Assembly: GCA_965140705.1 (NCBI GenBank)
Contig: OZ223300.1
Coordinates: 384,001-448,000, forward strand
Direction of reading: 5' to 3'
Source of the DNA: an uncultured Arcobacter sp.
Lineage (GTDB): Bacteria; Campylobacterota; Campylobacteria; Campylobacterales; Arcobacteraceae
Length of the DNA stretch: 64,000 bases
The translations under genes were made by a program, and so were the position numbers. How positions within the stretch are numbered: position 1 is the stretch's first letter; the number at the start of each line of letters is the position of its first letter. Of the stretch, positions 53,057 to 62,964 are shown in pieces. Under the pieces are notes generated by a model that worked only from the letters and a program-made list of their open reading frames with translations, made no database searches and was not told the DNA's origin.

Positions 53057-53057
53057 A

Positions 53058-55829
53058 GTGAACTTTCTTATTACAAATGGGTCTAATAGTAATTTTTATA
53101 CCCATTTAACAAAACTTTTAAGAACATGTAAAAGTTACTATTTCTCTGTAGCTTTTATAAACTTCTCAGGGGTGCAACTTTTACTTGATAGTTTGGAGTT
53201 TTGCCAAAAAAACGGAATAAAGGGTAAAATTCTAACTTCCACATATTTAAACTTCACCCAACCAAAAGCTTTAAAAAAACTACTTGAATATGAAAATATT
53301 GAGCTTAAAATATATGATACAAATCATTTCCAAAAAGGTTTTCACACTAAAGCATATATCTTTGAGTTTGAAGATGATTATAAAATACTTCTTGGCTCTT
53401 CAAATATAACAGCAAGTGCTTTTAAAAGCAGTGTGGAATGGAATATAAAAACTATCTCAAAAAAAGATGATATTTTTACAAATGAGATAGTAAGTGAGTT
53501 TGATACTCTATTTAGACAAAGTTTTGAAGTGGATGATTCATTTATAAGTGAGTATGAAACTTTTTATTTTAAAAACCAAATAGAAGAGTTCACATATAAA
53601 AGTAGTTTTACACTAAATAGCATGCAAGAAGAAGCTTTATATAATTTACAACACCTAAGAGATAAGAGACAAACAAAAGCTTTAGTGCTTGCAGCAACTG
53701 GTACAGGGAAAACTTATCTCGCAGCTTTTGATGTAAGAGTATATGAGCCTAAAAGAGTTTTATTTATAGTTCATCGGGAAAATATTTTAATAAAAGCAAA
53801 AAATAGTTTTGAGAAGATTATTCCAAATAAAACTATGGGCTTATATACAGGAAATAAAAAAGAGATTGATAAAGAGTATCTTTTTACTACTATTCAAACG
53901 CTCAGTTCAAATTATGACAACTTTTTAAAAGAGGAGTTTGATTATATAATTATTGATGAAGCTCATCATATCACAAGTCCTAGTTATAAAAAAGTTTGTG
54001 ATTATTTTGAACCTAAGTTTTTATTAGGTCTTACAGCTACTCCAAATAGAAGTGATGAGGGAAATATTTATGAAGTCTTTGATGAAAATATTGCTTGTGA
54101 TATAAGGCTTAATGATGCTTTGGAGCATAATTTAATCTCATCTTTTCACTATTATGGAATATCTGATATTGAGTCAATTGATTATGAAAATATTGATATT
54201 TTAAATATATCTCAATTATCTAAAGCTTTGATGGTAAATAAAAGGGTTGATTATATTATTGAAAAGATGGACTTTTATTCTTTTGATGGTAAAAAGAGAA
54301 AAGCTTTAGCTTTTTGTGCTTCAAAAGAGCATGCAAACTTTATGGCTTTTGAGTTTAGCAAAAAAGGAATAAAATCTGTTGCTTTAACAAGTGGTGACTC
54401 CATAGAAAAAAGAGAAGAGTATATAAAAAACTTAGAAGATGATAATCATGACTTAAAAGTGATTTGTAGTGTGGATATTTTTAATGAAGGTATTGATATT
54501 CCTTCAATCAATAGTGTACTTTTTTTACGACCAACAAACTCTTCAATAGTCTTTGTGCAACAACTTGGTCGAGGTTTACGAAAGTATAAAAACAAAGAGT
54601 TTGTGACTATTTTAGACTTTATTGGTAATCACAATAGAGCTTATATGGTAGCCTTTGGATTATTAGGTGATAAGATTATCGATAAAGAGAGTTTGAAAAT
54701 TGCACTTTCAAATGATTTCGCAAATATTGCTCATGCTTTTATTAGCATGGATGAGATATCTAAAAAAAGAGTATTGGAACAAATAGAAAAAGAGAATTTC
54801 TATTCGATGAGGTATTTAAAACAAAAATATTATGAATTCAAATCTTTACTTTTAAATAAAATTCCTATGCTAGAAGATTATATTGCTTTTAGTGACCACA
54901 TTACTCCACTTGATTTTATCTCCGAATCAAAATCATATATTGAATTTTTACAAAAAGTTGAAGATAAAGATGAATTTAAAACTTTATGCCAAGATGAAAA
55001 CTTTCTAAAAGCTATAAGATTTTGTGAGTTTTTATTACCCATAAAAAGAGTTTATGAGTTTGTTATCTTAAAGTATTTATTGACTCATAAATCTTGCGAT
55101 GAAAAACAGATTTTTGATTTACTAAATAAAGAGTTAGATTTTGTTTGTAAAGATACAATAAAACACTCTTTTAGATACCTAAATCAAGAATTCTTTGATA
55201 AGTTACAAGTGCAAAGATATCTAAAACTTGTAGATTTAAAAGAGAATAAATTATTTATTACAAAAGAGTTTGAAAAAATATTAGAAAAAAATGAAGCAAA
55301 AACTTTTATAGAGCATAGTTTAAATTATGGAATCATAACTTATAAACAAATTTTCAAAGAAAAGAATTATGGTTTACCATTTTTAAAACTTTATGAAAAG
55401 TATAATATGCTAAATATCGCTTTAGTGTGTAATCTTGATAAAATACATACTTCCTTTAGGGGAAGTGGTTTTTTAAAGCATAAGGATGATTTCTTTTTAT
55501 TTATAACCCTACAAAAAGATAAGATGTCAAAGTCATCAAAATATAAAAACAATTTCTTAAGCAAAACCCTAATTACTTATGTTAGTAAACCAAATATGAG
55601 TAGTGATAAAAGTGATGGATTAAAACTTGCTCAAAATATCAAATATAAAACAAGATTGCATCTGTTTGTAAGAAAGATTTCCCATGAAGATAAAAAGGTC
55701 CAACCTTTTATTTATCTAGGACTTTGTAATAGTAAATCTTATGAGGGGAATAAACCTATAAATTTAACTTTAGAGATTGAAAGAGAAGTAGAGGATGAGC
55801 TTTATGAAGAGTTCACAAAGCTTCCCTAA
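53058..55829 (+). CDS. PLD nuclease - SF2 helicase - DUF3427-like protein (SauUSI-like architecture)
   Basis: FHTKAYIFE...GSSN; ATGTGKT; DEAHH; TATP; QQLGRGLR; C-terminal LHLFVRK..FIYLG. Confidence 0.85.
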   Translation: MNFLITNGSNSNFYTHLTKLLRTCKSYYFSVAFINFSGVQLLLDSLEFCQKNGIKGKILTSTYLNFTQPKALKKLLEYENIELKIYDTNHFQKGFHTKAYIFEFEDDYKILLGSSNITASAFKSSVEWNIKTISKKDDIFTNEIVSEFDTLFRQSFEVDDSFISEYETFYFKNQIEEFTYKSSFTLNSMQEEALYNLQHLRDKRQTKALVLAATGTGKTYLAAFDVRVYEPKRVLFIVHRENILIKAKNSFEKIIPNKTMGLYTGNKKEIDKEYLFTTIQTLSSNYDNFLKEEFDYIIIDEAHHITSPSYKKVCDYFEPKFLLGLTATPNRSDEGNIYEVFDENIACDIRLNDALEHNLISSFHYYGISDIESIDYENIDILNISQLSKALMVNKRVDYIIEKMDFYSFDGKKRKALAFCASKEHANFMAFEFSKKGIKSVALTSGDSIEKREEYIKNLEDDNHDLKVICSVDIFNEGIDIPSINSVLFLRPTNSSIVFVQQLGRGLRKYKNKEFVTILDFIGNHNRAYMVAFGLLGDKIIDKESLKIALSNDFANIAHAFISMDEISKKRVLEQIEKENFYSMRYLKQKYYEFKSLLLNKIPMLEDYIAFSDHITPLDFISESKSYIEFLQKVEDKDEFKTLCQDENFLKAIRFCEFLLPIKRVYEFVILKYLLTHKSCDEKQIFDLLNKELDFVCKDTIKHSFRYLNQEFFDKLQVQRYLKLVDLKENKLFITKEFEKILEKNEAKTFIEHSLNYGIITYKQIFKEKNYGLPFLKLYEKYNMLNIALVCNLDKIHTSFRGSGFLKHKDDFFLFITLQKDKMSKSSKYKNNFLSKTLITYVSKPNMSSDKSDGLKLAQNIKYKTRLHLFVRKISHEDKKVQPFIYLGLCNSKSYEGNKPINLTLEIEREVEDELYEEFTKLP

Positions 55830-55834
55830 AAAGA

Positions 55835-56950
55835 TTATTCTTTAATTAAATGTTCATACTTTTTATCAGTAAGAAGTTTCAAAAATGCCACAAGTGCATC
55901 AACTTTTCTATCAGTTAATTTTTGTGCTTTTAACTCTTCTTTTGCAATAGTTTCTTCAACTTCTGGATCAGCCCATTTTTTTCCAGTTTCTGGATTTATT
56001 GTTCTATTTGGGTTATTGTATTTATCATAAAATTCAATAACAGTTCTTAAATCTTTAAATACACCATTATGCATATATGGACCTGTAACTGCAACATTTC
56101 TTAGTGTTGGAACTTTAAATTTCCCTTTTTGATTTACATCTGTAACTGCTGGATTTGCAAATAATCCTTCATCAGGGCCTTTCATTCCACTTCTTTTATT
56201 TAAAGCAGGATTTGCAGGGACTCCGATATTAAAGTATTGGTGATTTGTAAATGTTTCACCTATTTTATCTTCACCTTTTAAAACATGACAAGTTGAACAA
56301 GAGTTGTTGTTATTTGAGAAAAATAAAGCTTTTCCTAAATCTTCAAGTGGAGTTAAATCATATTCACCTTTTAAGTATCTATCATATTTTGAATCAAAGG
56401 GTGAAAATTCACTTGTTCTTTCAAAACTTGCGATACTTTTAGTCAAAGCAGCAAAGGCTTTTTTAGGATCTTTAAATATATCTTTTCCATAAATATCTTT
56501 GAAAGCACTCACATAATATGGGTTTTCTAACACTCTATTCATCACTGCTTTTTCATTTGGCATTTCCATTTCAACTGGATTTAATGGTGGTCCTCCTGCT
56601 TGATCTTCTAAAGTACTAGCTCTTCCATCCAAAAATTGTCCACCTACATAAGCTTTTTCTTTTTTGTCGTAATGGAAGCTTGGTGTTTGATTTGCATATG
56701 ATGCTGTTGGGGCATTTCTTCCCCCAACTGATTTACCATTATCTCCCAATGATGCCATATTTGAAACACCATTTCCTCTATGGTCTGTAAATCCCATATC
56801 TGGATTGTGGCAAGTTGCACAGGCCATAGTTTTATTTTTCGATAGGTTTTTATCGAAAAATAAGCTTTTCCCTAAAGTTTCTTGGGGTGTTAAGGTACTA
56901 CCATACATACTTACAAAAAGTAAACTTGTAAGTAAAATCGATTTTGTCAT
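55835..56950 (-). CDS. Di-heme cytochrome c peroxidase / MauG-family protein
   Basis: Two CxxCH motifs (CATCH, CSTCH), RNAPT, FKVPTLRNV..TGPYMHNG. Confidence 0.92.
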   Translation of the reverse strand: MTKSILLTSLLFVSMYGSTLTPQETLGKSLFFDKNLSKNKTMACATCHNPDMGFTDHRGNGVSNMASLGDNGKSVGGRNAPTASYANQTPSFHYDKKEKAYVGGQFLDGRASTLEDQAGGPPLNPVEMEMPNEKAVMNRVLENPYYVSAFKDIYGKDIFKDPKKAFAALTKSIASFERTSEFSPFDSKYDRYLKGEYDLTPLEDLGKALFFSNNNNSCSTCHVLKGEDKIGETFTNHQYFNIGVPANPALNKRSGMKGPDEGLFANPAVTDVNQKGKFKVPTLRNVAVTGPYMHNGVFKDLRTVIEFYDKYNNPNRTINPETGKKWADPEVEETIAKEELKAQKLTDRKVDALVAFLKLLTDKKYEHLIKE

Positions 56951-57864
56951 AATTGTCTCCTGTTTAATAAGTTTTTGAAAGGGAAAAATAAAATACCCCT
57001 AATAGTTGAGTAATCTTTCATTTGTTCTTTTCTAAGTCCGAATTTTAAAACTTTTACATCTTTTGATAGTTTTAAACTTCCGAACATATAATCCCAAATA
57101 GCTAAATAGCCCCCATAGTTTTTATCAAAGTGTTTATTACTATGGTGTATTTGGTGCTGTTTTGGGGAAATAAATATTTTTTCTAAATATTTACCATATG
57201 ATATTGGTACATGAGTGTGTCTTAAGTTTGATCCTAAAAGGGAAAAAACAACAATAAATACGTTTGCACCAAATATCATATAAATATCAATCATAGCTCC
57301 AAAAAAATATACAAATATACCAGTTACAAAACCAACACTTAAACTATATCTTAGTCCAAAAAGTATATTTTCAACTGGATGAACTCTATAAAAAGTAAGT
57401 GGGTTTAGAACTTTTGCACTATGATGAACTTTGTGAAATTCCCATAAGAATTTTACTTCATGTAAAAGTCTATGTAATACATACCTTGTAAAGTCACTAC
57501 AAACAAAAAGGGCTAAAGTATATAAAAGTAGGGTTTCTTTATATGAAAAAAAAGTGTTTTGCACCATTCCAAAATTTAAATATAAAAATCTTGAAACAGC
57601 AAAAGCTACTGATTTTGCACTTAAAATAAAGGGTATTAATAAAAATACATTTATAAAATATCCCAAAAAAAAGTAAGAGTAATCAAGTTTCGCACTAGGG
57701 TGTAACCATAATTTTGATGATAAGATAAGTTTATTACTTTTTTTTGTATAGATAAAATATACAAATGTTATTAAAATCGATGAAATAATATAAACCCAAA
57801 ATATTCTTTTATTTGGGTTTATAAGATATTCAAATACCATGAAGTCGTTCAAATCAATCTCCAT
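56947..57864 (-). CDS. Sterol desaturase / fatty-acid hydroxylase family protein
   Basis: His boxes HRLLH, HKVHH, HQIHH; NYG..LAIWD. Confidence 0.88.
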   Translation of the reverse strand: MEIDLNDFMVFEYLINPNKRIFWVYIISSILITFVYFIYTKKSNKLILSSKLWLHPSAKLDYSYFFLGYFINVFLLIPFILSAKSVAFAVSRFLYLNFGMVQNTFFSYKETLLLYTLALFVCSDFTRYVLHRLLHEVKFLWEFHKVHHSAKVLNPLTFYRVHPVENILFGLRYSLSVGFVTGIFVYFFGAMIDIYMIFGANVFIVVFSLLGSNLRHTHVPISYGKYLEKIFISPKQHQIHHSNKHFDKNYGGYLAIWDYMFGSLKLSKDVKVLKFGLRKEQMKDYSTIRGILFFPFKNLLNRRQL

Positions 57865-58741
57865 CAGCCTCTAAAATTTTAGCTGTGATACTAAGTTGTT
57901 CTATTAAAGATAAGAAGTAAGAGATGTGAAGTTCATTTACTGCATTATATAAATCTTTTGAATTTTCTTTTGCAAGTTTAAGAGCTTTGTTTAATAAAGC
58001 TTGTGCTTCTATCGTCTCTTTTTTTGCTCCATTTTCTTTTGCCATATTTGCAAAATTGTAATATTTTTGTTCACCTATAATCTCTTCATTTGCTTCTAAT
58101 ATAGCTACGATTGCTGCATTTGTGTTATTACTTAAAATATACTCTTGCTCTTTGTGTGGAACTTTTATTCTCCACTCTTTTAATTTATAAGTACTAGCAA
58201 TTAATGTATTCATTACTAAACTATTTTCCCATAAATCATCTTTTTTAGTTCTAGTTAAATAGCCTTCATAAACTTCTTTTATATCTTTTAAATTAGAAAT
58301 AATAGAATCAACAATAACATCAGCAATTGCTTTTTCTCTTTTAGTAATAGTTTTATCATTAAATAAAACATATTCTAATGCATTTACAGTTTTAAATGAG
58401 TTTTTGAAAAGTGCAATTTGGGGTTCATCGTTAGAATCAATTACCCTTTGCATTTGAACATCAAGATTCTCTTTTAGATTGTGAAATACATCAATATATC
58501 TTGGAGTATCAATATAATTATCATCAATATCTCCAGCAAAATAAAATGCTTCAACTTTTTTCCATGATTTTATAAAGTTAGTGAAATTTTGTGCAGAATA
58601 ATCTTTTTTTAGAATTTGTGCATCTTTTATAGTATTGTCAACATTTACTATTGAAACATTTTTTAAAATAGAATCAAGCATAGTATCTTTTGCAAATAAT
58701 GACATGAAACTTATAATAAGTATCAAAAATATTTTTTTCAT
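57854..58741 (-). CDS. Imelysin-like secreted protein
   Basis: Signal peptide; NALEYVLF and terminal EADGD; follows the DHOR gene. Confidence 0.75.
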   Translation of the reverse strand: MKKIFLILIISFMSLFAKDTMLDSILKNVSIVNVDNTIKDAQILKKDYSAQNFTNFIKSWKKVEAFYFAGDIDDNYIDTPRYIDVFHNLKENLDVQMQRVIDSNDEPQIALFKNSFKTVNALEYVLFNDKTITKREKAIADVIVDSIISNLKDIKEVYEGYLTRTKKDDLWENSLVMNTLIASTYKLKEWRIKVPHKEQEYILSNNTNAAIVAILEANEEIIGEQKYYNFANMAKENGAKKETIEAQALLNKALKLAKENSKDLYNAVNELHISYFLSLIEQLSITAKILEADGD

Positions 58742-60027
58742 TATAATCCTTTTAGAAACTCAATTAAAAGTTTCTTCTCTTTTTTATCTAAAGCAACATA
58801 ATTTTCTTTTGCTTTTGTTGCTTCACCACCATGCCATAAAATAGCCTCTTGAAATGTTTTAGCTCTTCCATCATGTAATAATCTATAAGCTTTTTTCTCA
58901 ACAGCATATCCCCACAAAGGAGTTGTTCTAAACTCATTTTTTGAAGCTTCAAATTCACTTCTTCCATCACTTAGTCCATCACCCATATCATGTAATAAAA
59001 GATCTGAAAAAGTATAAACACTCGTACCATCTTTTGTTTTTAGTGATGGTATATGGCAAGATGTACATCCTATTTTTGAGAATATTTCTATACCTTTTTC
59101 AAAGTTTTTACCCTTTATTGGATTATAAGTTGGAAGGTTCTCTAAATAATATGTAATGGCATCTAATCTTTTATCTGTAATATCTATTTCATCTCTAGCT
59201 TTTGGAGAGTTTAAACAAGCAGTTTGTGACTTGGTACAATTTTCACCTTTTAGAAAACTAGTTGTTAATCCCATATCATTAAACGCTGCATTTGCTACTT
59301 GTTCTTTTACAAAAGCAACACTTGCTTTATATGTAAATCTTCCTAATTCTTCTTTTTTTGTGATTTTTGAATATACAAAATTTGCTCTTCCACTTATTCC
59401 ATCATGATTTGAATCATTTTCATCTACATTTGCAAGAATTGATTTTTCATCTATTTTTGAAAGTAAACCCATTCCATAAAGTGTTGGAGCAATTCTATAT
59501 GAAATATTTGTTGATTTTTGAAGTTTTCCATAATGTAAATCTATAAGAGTATATTTTGGTTTATAAATATAGTGCTCTTCCCCATCAAAAAAAAGTTTTA
59601 TTTTTTCAAAATCAAGATTAACTCTTGCTTCATATGGAACATCATGTACACTACTAATTGATATTTGAGCACCATAAATTGGATCAGGAAGAGAACCATC
59701 TCTTTTTAAAATATCTTTATGTAATTTTGAATTATTTGAGTCAATTGAAAGTTTTGGAATTAAAGATTTTGAAGCTACATTTTTTTTACTATATAAAACA
59801 CCTCTTGCAGTGTTTGGATGACATGCTACACAAGAATTTGCATTAAATAATGGTCCAAGTCCATCCCTTGCAGTTGTGGCACTTGGTGCCTCAACCCAAG
59901 GAATAGTAAAAAAACTTCTTCCTAATATATATTTATCATAATCTTCATTATTCATCTCTTGTTGAGATGAATATAGAGTTGTTGTAAATAATAGTAAAAA
60001 TGATAATAAATTAAAGCTTAGTTTCAT
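58741..60027 (-). CDS. Di-heme oxidoreductase (DHOR/DUF1111) family protein
   Basis: DGLGPLFNANSCVACH, DGISGR, CTSCH, LLHDMG, LLHDGRA, AILWHGGE. Confidence 0.9.
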   Translation of the reverse strand: MKLSFNLLSFLLLFTTTLYSSQQEMNNEDYDKYILGRSFFTIPWVEAPSATTARDGLGPLFNANSCVACHPNTARGVLYSKKNVASKSLIPKLSIDSNNSKLHKDILKRDGSLPDPIYGAQISISSVHDVPYEARVNLDFEKIKLFFDGEEHYIYKPKYTLIDLHYGKLQKSTNISYRIAPTLYGMGLLSKIDEKSILANVDENDSNHDGISGRANFVYSKITKKEELGRFTYKASVAFVKEQVANAAFNDMGLTTSFLKGENCTKSQTACLNSPKARDEIDITDKRLDAITYYLENLPTYNPIKGKNFEKGIEIFSKIGCTSCHIPSLKTKDGTSVYTFSDLLLHDMGDGLSDGRSEFEASKNEFRTTPLWGYAVEKKAYRLLHDGRAKTFQEAILWHGGEATKAKENYVALDKKEKKLLIEFLKGL

Positions 60028-61366
60028 CTGCGTCTGTTACATCATCTTTTGTTAAGCTTATTCCATTTGCACTAGCAACATCAACCATAGTATCACCAAG
60101 TTTTCTCATCTCATTTTTAAGTTTTACAATAACTTTTGACATAGGGCTTGTTGGTCTAATTTGATAATCGAAATGCTCTTTTGTTTTTGCAGTTTTATCT
60201 ATTAAAGCAATTTTTTCTTCAATTGAGCTCATAAGTTTTTCAATTTTTGCTTTAGCGCTTCCATCAACTTTATCTAATAAAGAAGGTCCATATTTTTTTC
60301 CATTATATGTTGAAGTTAAAATATTTTTAAAACTTTGGTAATTCATAGCGATATCTCTATGCGTATTATCTGAGAAGCAAGAGTGCTCATCTTCTTCAGA
60401 TGGTGTAAGCACAGCAACTGCAATTCTTTCATTTGCTAATTCTGATTTCATAAATACACCCATACCAGCAATGATTTGTTTTAAAGCATCATTTCTAGAG
60501 ATGTTTTTTGAAGCATTATCACCTTTTAATTGGTCTAAAATAGCAGCTCTATATAAACCTTTAGTTCCATCAACATTTTTTGCCCAAGCAGAAGTTACTA
60601 CTTCTAAATCACTTACTATTTTTTGTGAAGCTGCTTTTAAATACTCTAATCTTCTTGGAGCATCTACACTACTTGTAAAGTCACTTAATGGTCTTTGACC
60701 TGCAGTTAATGGACCATGAGTAATTGAATCTTTTAAGAAGTTAGAATAATCTTGGTCTTGTCCCCATAATAAGAATTCTACCGCATGGTATCCACTAGCT
60801 ACATTTGCTTCTCCACCATCTTCATTTAATTCAGAAATTGCTTCAGGAGTGATTTTTGTTACATCAACAGCTTTTGCATCTTCTCCACCTGGATTAAATT
60901 TTCCAACTGTATCAATGATATTTCCAGATGTTTTTTTACCATTTGCATCAATTGTATAATCAATCATATTCTCATCCAATGGCCAAGCATTGATTTGTCC
61001 CTCTAAAGAACCATAATCTTTTGCAACCCAACCTTCTTCTGCATCAATAGGTCCATTTGATAATCTAAATGATTCTGTTTGACCATAAGTTTCTCTTGAA
61101 GCCAACCAAGCATCTTTTGCTTCTTGCAAAGTTTTTTCAGTAGGGTTTGCAGCAAATTTATTAATTGCTTTTTCTAAAGCTTTTGCATCATTTAATGCAT
61201 TTGTATAACTATCAAGTGCGATATTAGCATATGCTTCTAATATTGTGTTTGATTTAACAACTTCTTTGTTTGGTGTACTTGCTGTATTTGTACCTGTAGC
61301 GCATCCTGTTAATGCAATTGCTGTTACAACTGAAAGCGAGACTAATAGTTTCTTTGTGTGATTCAT
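60011..61366 (-). CDS. Imelysin-family iron-regulated lipoprotein (IrpA-like); start at 61366
   Basis: Lipobox LTG-C; INAWPLDE, GYHAVEFLLWGQD, EDEHSCFSDNT; SD aagga. Confidence 0.9.
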   Translation of the reverse strand: MNHTKKLLVSLSVVTAIALTGCATGTNTASTPNKEVVKSNTILEAYANIALDSYTNALNDAKALEKAINKFAANPTEKTLQEAKDAWLASRETYGQTESFRLSNGPIDAEEGWVAKDYGSLEGQINAWPLDENMIDYTIDANGKKTSGNIIDTVGKFNPGGEDAKAVDVTKITPEAISELNEDGGEANVASGYHAVEFLLWGQDQDYSNFLKDSITHGPLTAGQRPLSDFTSSVDAPRRLEYLKAASQKIVSDLEVVTSAWAKNVDGTKGLYRAAILDQLKGDNASKNISRNDALKQIIAGMGVFMKSELANERIAVAVLTPSEEDEHSCFSDNTHRDIAMNYQSFKNILTSTYNGKKYGPSLLDKVDGSAKAKIEKLMSSIEEKIALIDKTAKTKEHFDYQIRPTSPMSKVIVKLKNEMRKLGDTMVDVASANGISLTKDDVTDADETKL

Positions 61367-61388
61367 ATTTAATTTTCCTTTTTTTAGT

Positions 61389-61553
61389 TTAAGCAAGTAA
61401 TTGCTTTGCAAATAGATGTGCCTTACTTGAATCAATGTTTTTATGTTTCATATTTAAAACTTTAACTATTGAACAAGCCATTTTTGAACTTTTTTCAAAA
61501 CCAGATTCTCTAACTACTTTTCTAATTTCTCTTTTTAAAAGTAAATCAGACAT
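61389..61553 (-). CDS. 54-aa basic small protein, first gene of the iron operon
   Basis: SD aagga plus ATG; MSDLLLKREIRKVVRESGFEKSSKMACSIVKVLNMKHKNIDSSKAHLFAKQLLA; not in ORF track. Confidence 0.6.
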   Translation of the reverse strand: MSDLLLKREIRKVVRESGFEKSSKMACSIVKVLNMKHKNIDSSKAHLFAKQLLA

Positions 61554-61566
61554 AATCTATCCTTTA

Positions 61567-61703
61567 TGATAATAATTCTCAGAATCTTACATGAATGTAA
61601 CTTAAATAAAGATAAAATGATAATTATTATCATTAATATTTATAGATATTTATGTTAGTTTTGCTATATAATTTAGTCCATATAATATTGATAATAATTA
61701 TCT
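61567..61703. promoter_or_regulatory. Fur boxes (three)
   Basis: Perfect 9-1-9 aatgataat-t-attatcatt at 61616-61634; 7-1-7 variants at 61567-61581 and 61689-61703. Confidence 0.85.
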
Positions 61704-61771
61704 AAATTAATTTTGTTAATAATCTATTAAATATCTTTAAATATAATTTAAACAAAAAAAGGGGGAGTTCT

Positions 61772-62959
61772 TTGTATAAACTAATTATTATGCTAATTTT
61801 TTGTTCACTACTTAGTGCTAATGAGTTAAGTATTTTAAAAGATAGTAAAAAACAATTAAGAGAGACAGAAAAACAAAGAATAGAAGAAAAATATAATTCA
61901 GCAAATAAAGATTGGATAGCACCTATTACTATTAGTTCTGGGATAAAAAGGGGACACTCTTTTTCATCTCAAAGTGATAACTTGACAAAGAGTGTTTCAA
62001 TAGGCTTTACTCAATCAATATACAAATCAGGCGGAATAGAATTTACAATAAAAAATGCAAAAGATGTTTTAAATTCTGATTTGATTAATTGGGAGATGGA
62101 AAATAATGCAATATTAGAAACTATTTATGAAACATTATTACAAATAAAGCAATTAAAAATTCAAATAGAACAAAATAAATACTCTTTGAAAAATAAAGAA
62201 ATTCAATTGGAATTAAAAAAGATACAATATGAAGCAGGAAATGCAGATATTACCGAATTAAATAATGCAATTATTGAAAAAAATAGTCAATTTAAACAAA
62301 ATATAGCAACAGAAAATGCATTAAAAGATAAAGAGTATGAACTTTCAAAATATACAAATTTGAAATATGACCAAATAGAGTTACTTGATTTTAAAGGTAT
62401 AAATAAAAAAGACTTTATAAACAATAATTTAAATATAAAATATGAAAAGGCACAAGTTGAATCATTGGATAGTTCTTATAAGAAATTGAAAAGTACTTAT
62501 CTTCCTCAAGTTACTTTAGGAACAAGTTATGCTTATTCTAAAAATAATGATATGGTAAATGATTATGAAACAAGTTCAAAAGATGGTTCTATTTCTCTAA
62601 ATGTTTCCATGCCAATATATGATATAAACAAATCTTCAACACTTGAAGAATCAAGATTAAGCCTTCTTAAACAAAAACTAAATTTAAATGATATAAAAGA
62701 GAAAACAAAATATGAATATGATCAAATTCTAAATCAAATTGATACCTATGAAAAACAAGCTAAAGTTATAAAAGATAATTTAAACTTGTATACTGAACTT
62801 ATTAATGCAAATAAAAGTTCAAATGATGCAGGTATGAGTGCAGATTATGATTTAGAAATATTACAAAATACAAAAAAAATAAATGAGTATGATTTAGCAA
62901 TTAATCAAATTAATATAAAACTTCAATATTCAAAACTATATTTTAAAACGAGGGTATAA
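61772..62959 (+). CDS. TolC-family outer-membrane efflux protein
   Basis: Signal peptide, coiled-coil repeats, YLPQV and VSMPIYD motifs; precedes an MFP gene. Confidence 0.8.
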   Translation: MYKLIIMLIFCSLLSANELSILKDSKKQLRETEKQRIEEKYNSANKDWIAPITISSGIKRGHSFSSQSDNLTKSVSIGFTQSIYKSGGIEFTIKNAKDVLNSDLINWEMENNAILETIYETLLQIKQLKIQIEQNKYSLKNKEIQLELKKIQYEAGNADITELNNAIIEKNSQFKQNIATENALKDKEYELSKYTNLKYDQIELLDFKGINKKDFINNNLNIKYEKAQVESLDSSYKKLKSTYLPQVTLGTSYAYSKNNDMVNDYETSSKDGSISLNVSMPIYDINKSSTLEESRLSLLKQKLNLNDIKEKTKYEYDQILNQIDTYEKQAKVIKDNLNLYTELINANKSSNDAGMSADYDLEILQNTKKINEYDLAINQINIKLQYSKLYFKTRV

Positions 62960-62964
62960 AAATA

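Noticed and set aside
61367..61435. N-terminal extension of the imelysin ORF
   Set aside because: The SD and signal peptide begin at ATG 61366; the extension overlaps the 54-aa upstream ORF
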